50,191 bases of DNA from Chloroflexota bacterium (GTDB lineage Bacteria; Chloroflexota; Limnocylindria; Limnocylindrales; Limnocylindraceae). Position 1 is the stretch's first letter, and every line of letters begins with the position of its first letter. A program made the position numbers and the translations under genes. Where the stretch lies: contig JAPLHR010000079.1 in NCBI GenBank assembly GCA_026389535.1, forward strand, positions 1-50,191. The letters are read 5' to 3'. Positions 48,000-50,191 of the stretch are shown here, piece by piece. Under the pieces are notes generated by a model. It was not told where the DNA came from. It did no database searches and saw nothing but the letters and a program-made list of their open reading frames with translations.

Positions 48000-49666
48000 G
48001 CTGTAAGGCGCTGCAGGTCACCAATGGAGAGCACGACAAGATCGCCCTTGATCTCGACTGCACCCTGCGGGTCTGACGACTGTGCGTCGGCCAGGCCGCG
48101 CCATGTGCCATACGAGCCCGCCAGGGGGCCACCGATCACAACGGTATCCACGTCGAGGCGCGCCCCTCCGCGCCGTGCCGTCGAGGCGGTGAGGCCGGCG
48201 GGGTGCCGCTCAAGGCGAACGTCGCTGCCGTTCAGGGTCTGGAGCGCCTTCCCTAGCTCTGCAGCCCATTCATCGCTCTCGCGGCGCCCGCCGAGGATCA
48301 GGAGCCCAAATGGCGCGAGGGCGACACCGGCGGCAACGCGTCGATCAATGGAGGCGCTGAGTGCCTCGCGCTCGCCATCACTCAGGCTGCCCACAACGAG
48401 ACCTCGAATGCCGACAGCCCGAGCTCGCAGCACGGTCTCAGGGGAGGCCGAGACAACCGCCAGAACTCCCGCCTCGTGCGCCGCCGCCCACCCGCGGCTG
48501 TCTGGCTCTGTAGCCGAGAAGTAGAGGCTCCCCTCGACCTCGTCGCCAAGCAGAAGGCGCCCGCCGAGGCCACCCGTCGCGCTTGCGGATCGCGGTAGCA
48601 GCGCCAGTGGCGCCTCAATGGGGAGCACCTTTGCGGGCCTCACAGCCACGGGCGTGAGTGGGAGATCAACTAGTGGGGCACCACGCACAACAGCAACACC
48701 GGCGAGACCGCCGCGCAGCGAGGCCAGAACCTGGTGCCCATCAATCGCAACCTCAACGTCGACCAACTCCCCCGCCTGAAGGTCAAACTCCAGTGCTCCA
48801 TCCGCTGACAGCGCATGCTCCTCCGCACCGGCTCGAACAAGCACCTCCTCGTCAGGGTGATCTGCGATAACCAGCAGATCGCCAGCGGGCACGAGTAGTT
48901 GATCCGCGGTGGCGCGAACCAGATCTGCCCCCGTCGTCTCGGTGAGCTGCTCAGTGCCGAGCGCCGCCAGTACCCCCGAAACATCGAGCAGCACCGTGGT
49001 GCGCCCAGGTGGAATCAGTGGCGAAAGTGCGGCGAGTGGCACGGCGCCCGAAGAGAGATACGCCGCAAGCTGACCCGTAGCAATGAACACCTCGCCGCTC
49101 ATCGGATGACCTTGATCGCTCGACCGCTCCGCGATTGACTGGATCGCATCAATGCACGCAGCAGCACGAGTCTGGTCGCCAATCTCATCACGCCCCGACA
49201 TCGGCCGATCTGCGATGTCTCCAAGCCGGTCGGCAACGGCGGCGCGATCGCGCTCGCCAAGTGCACGCAAGACCGCATCGCAGCGGCGTCGACGCTCCGT
49301 TGCATCTGCAGGGACGAGTGCGGCCTCATCAATCCGCAACAGCTCGCCAGCCGTTCCTGGGGTGGCCCACGCAATTCTGCCAGCATCATGCGCAATATCA
49401 AGAATTTTCACGGGGACGCCGAGCGCCTCTGCGCAGCGGCTCGCCGCACGGCCGAGGGAGCTCGGATCACCGCGAAGCGAGGTAGAGATCGCACCGCTCT
49501 GCTCCGCTCCAGCAGAGCTCTGCAACATCGTCTCTGCCGCCTCGCTATCAGCTCCCGTAGGCAGCGTGATGCTACTAAGCAGCCGTGTAGGCTCCGCGTC
49601 AGACATCAGTGCATAAAAGCTGCGATCGAGATCCTCGCGAATCAAGAGATACGACGATTGCGTCAC
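47996..49666 (-). CDS. Hypothetical 556-aa protein, possibly a degenerate GlmL-like domain plus an unknown C-terminal domain
   Basis: GTGA overlaps at both ends show it is a real operon member. Weak resemblance of LRGGLAGVAVVRGAPLVDLP to the GlmL-family C-terminus (recalled, unverified). Confidence 0.6.
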   Translation of the reverse strand: MTQSSYLLIREDLDRSFYALMSDAEPTRLLSSITLPTGADSEAAETMLQSSAGAEQSGAISTSLRGDPSSLGRAASRCAEALGVPVKILDIAHDAGRIAWATPGTAGELLRIDEAALVPADATERRRRCDAVLRALGERDRAAVADRLGDIADRPMSGRDEIGDQTRAAACIDAIQSIAERSSDQGHPMSGEVFIATGQLAAYLSSGAVPLAALSPLIPPGRTTVLLDVSGVLAALGTEQLTETTGADLVRATADQLLVPAGDLLVIADHPDEEVLVRAGAEEHALSADGALEFDLQAGELVDVEVAIDGHQVLASLRGGLAGVAVVRGAPLVDLPLTPVAVRPAKVLPIEAPLALLPRSASATGGLGGRLLLGDEVEGSLYFSATEPDSRGWAAAHEAGVLAVVSASPETVLRARAVGIRGLVVGSLSDGEREALSASIDRRVAAGVALAPFGLLILGGRRESDEWAAELGKALQTLNGSDVRLERHPAGLTASTARRGGARLDVDTVVIGGPLAGSYGTWRGLADAQSSDPQGAVEIKGDLVVLSIGDLQRLTA

Positions 49667-50191
49667 TTCTGGTTCACGTAGTGATACCCGCGCAAGTCGC
49701 GCAGCGCCACCGGTTCGCCGCTCACCGTATACACCCGCGCAAGTCGACTGGTGAAGCTCGTTGAGACCTCATTGGTAATCGTCTTTCGGCGTTTGGCAAC
49801 GTCGACGGGCTCAATCAGATCAGCACCAGAGTCACCGATGAAAACCACCTCATCGGCTTCGGTCAGGTCGGTGGCCGGGTGATCTGTGGCATCAATGGTG
49901 ATGGAGTCCATCGCAATCGTGCCAACAACTGGCAGGCGCACGCCGCGTACCAACACCTCGGCGACTCCCCGTTCGTGATACGAGATGCCATCGGCGTAGC
50001 CGATCGGCAGGGTGATGATCCTCGATACGCGCTCTGCGGTGAATGCTGGCCCGTACCCCACGCCGTGACCGACGGGGAGAGTGGCGATGCGCACCGGACG
50101 AGCTGCGAGCCCGTAGACCCGCTTGATACCGATTGTCGCGGCGGTCATCGTTGGCCGCAGTGCGTTCGGCACAACGCCGAAGAGCGCAATA
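49663..50191 (-). CDS. alr: Alanine racemase-family protein, C-terminal part (5' end outside the window)
   Basis: Frame is open to the window edge (IALFGVVP...); GVGYG, LPIGYADG, VGTIAMD, TITNEV...SRLARVY. Confidence 0.9.
   Translation of the reverse strand, partial: IALFGVVPNALRPTMTAATIGIKRVYGLAARPVRIATLPVGHGVGYGPAFTAERVSRIITLPIGYADGISYHERGVAEVLVRGVRLPVVGTIAMDSITIDATDHPATDLTEADEVVFIGDSGADLIEPVDVAKRRKTITNEVSTSFTSRLARVYTVSGEPVALRDLRGYHYVNQK

Overview
Gene-dense, GC-rich core-chromosome segment of a free-living, streamlined-looking bacterium, with very short intergenic spaces and many ATGA/GTGA stop-start overlaps. Gene content and protein style suggest Chloroflexota, possibly Limnocylindria-like (inference only). 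Contents in order: (i) a minus-strand run tRNA-Met, ftsH, M20 dipeptidase, tyrA, NUDIX, comM, dprA, topA, xerC, murJ, femX-like; (ii) a nucleoside uptake and catabolism cluster (add, BMP lipoprotein, ABC transporter, two tandem nucleoside hydrolases, deoC, two-subunit ALDH); (iii) polyamine, MTA and cell-envelope genes (patD-like ALDH, ftsB-like, capA-like, mtnN, murI, methyltransferase, agmatinase); (iv) a DUF4446, UvrD/PD-(D/E)XK helicase-nuclease and membrane-protein operon, a frameshifted recO and a prenyltransferase; (v) a minus-strand operon alr, unknown 556-aa gene, tsaE, tsaB, rimI, tsaD, rsmA::ispE fusion, ridA, glmU, CBS/hemolysin. No CRISPR array, prophage or IS is evident. Most notable: the RsmA-IspE fusion with an internal SD+GTG, an Alr with a VanT-like TITNE motif, an unexplained GlmL-like composite gene, recO broken by a 4-bp duplication, pervasive leaderless and bidirectional -10 elements, and several structured intergenic RNAs. 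I see no clear-cut novel multi-gene system; the candidates below are hypotheses.
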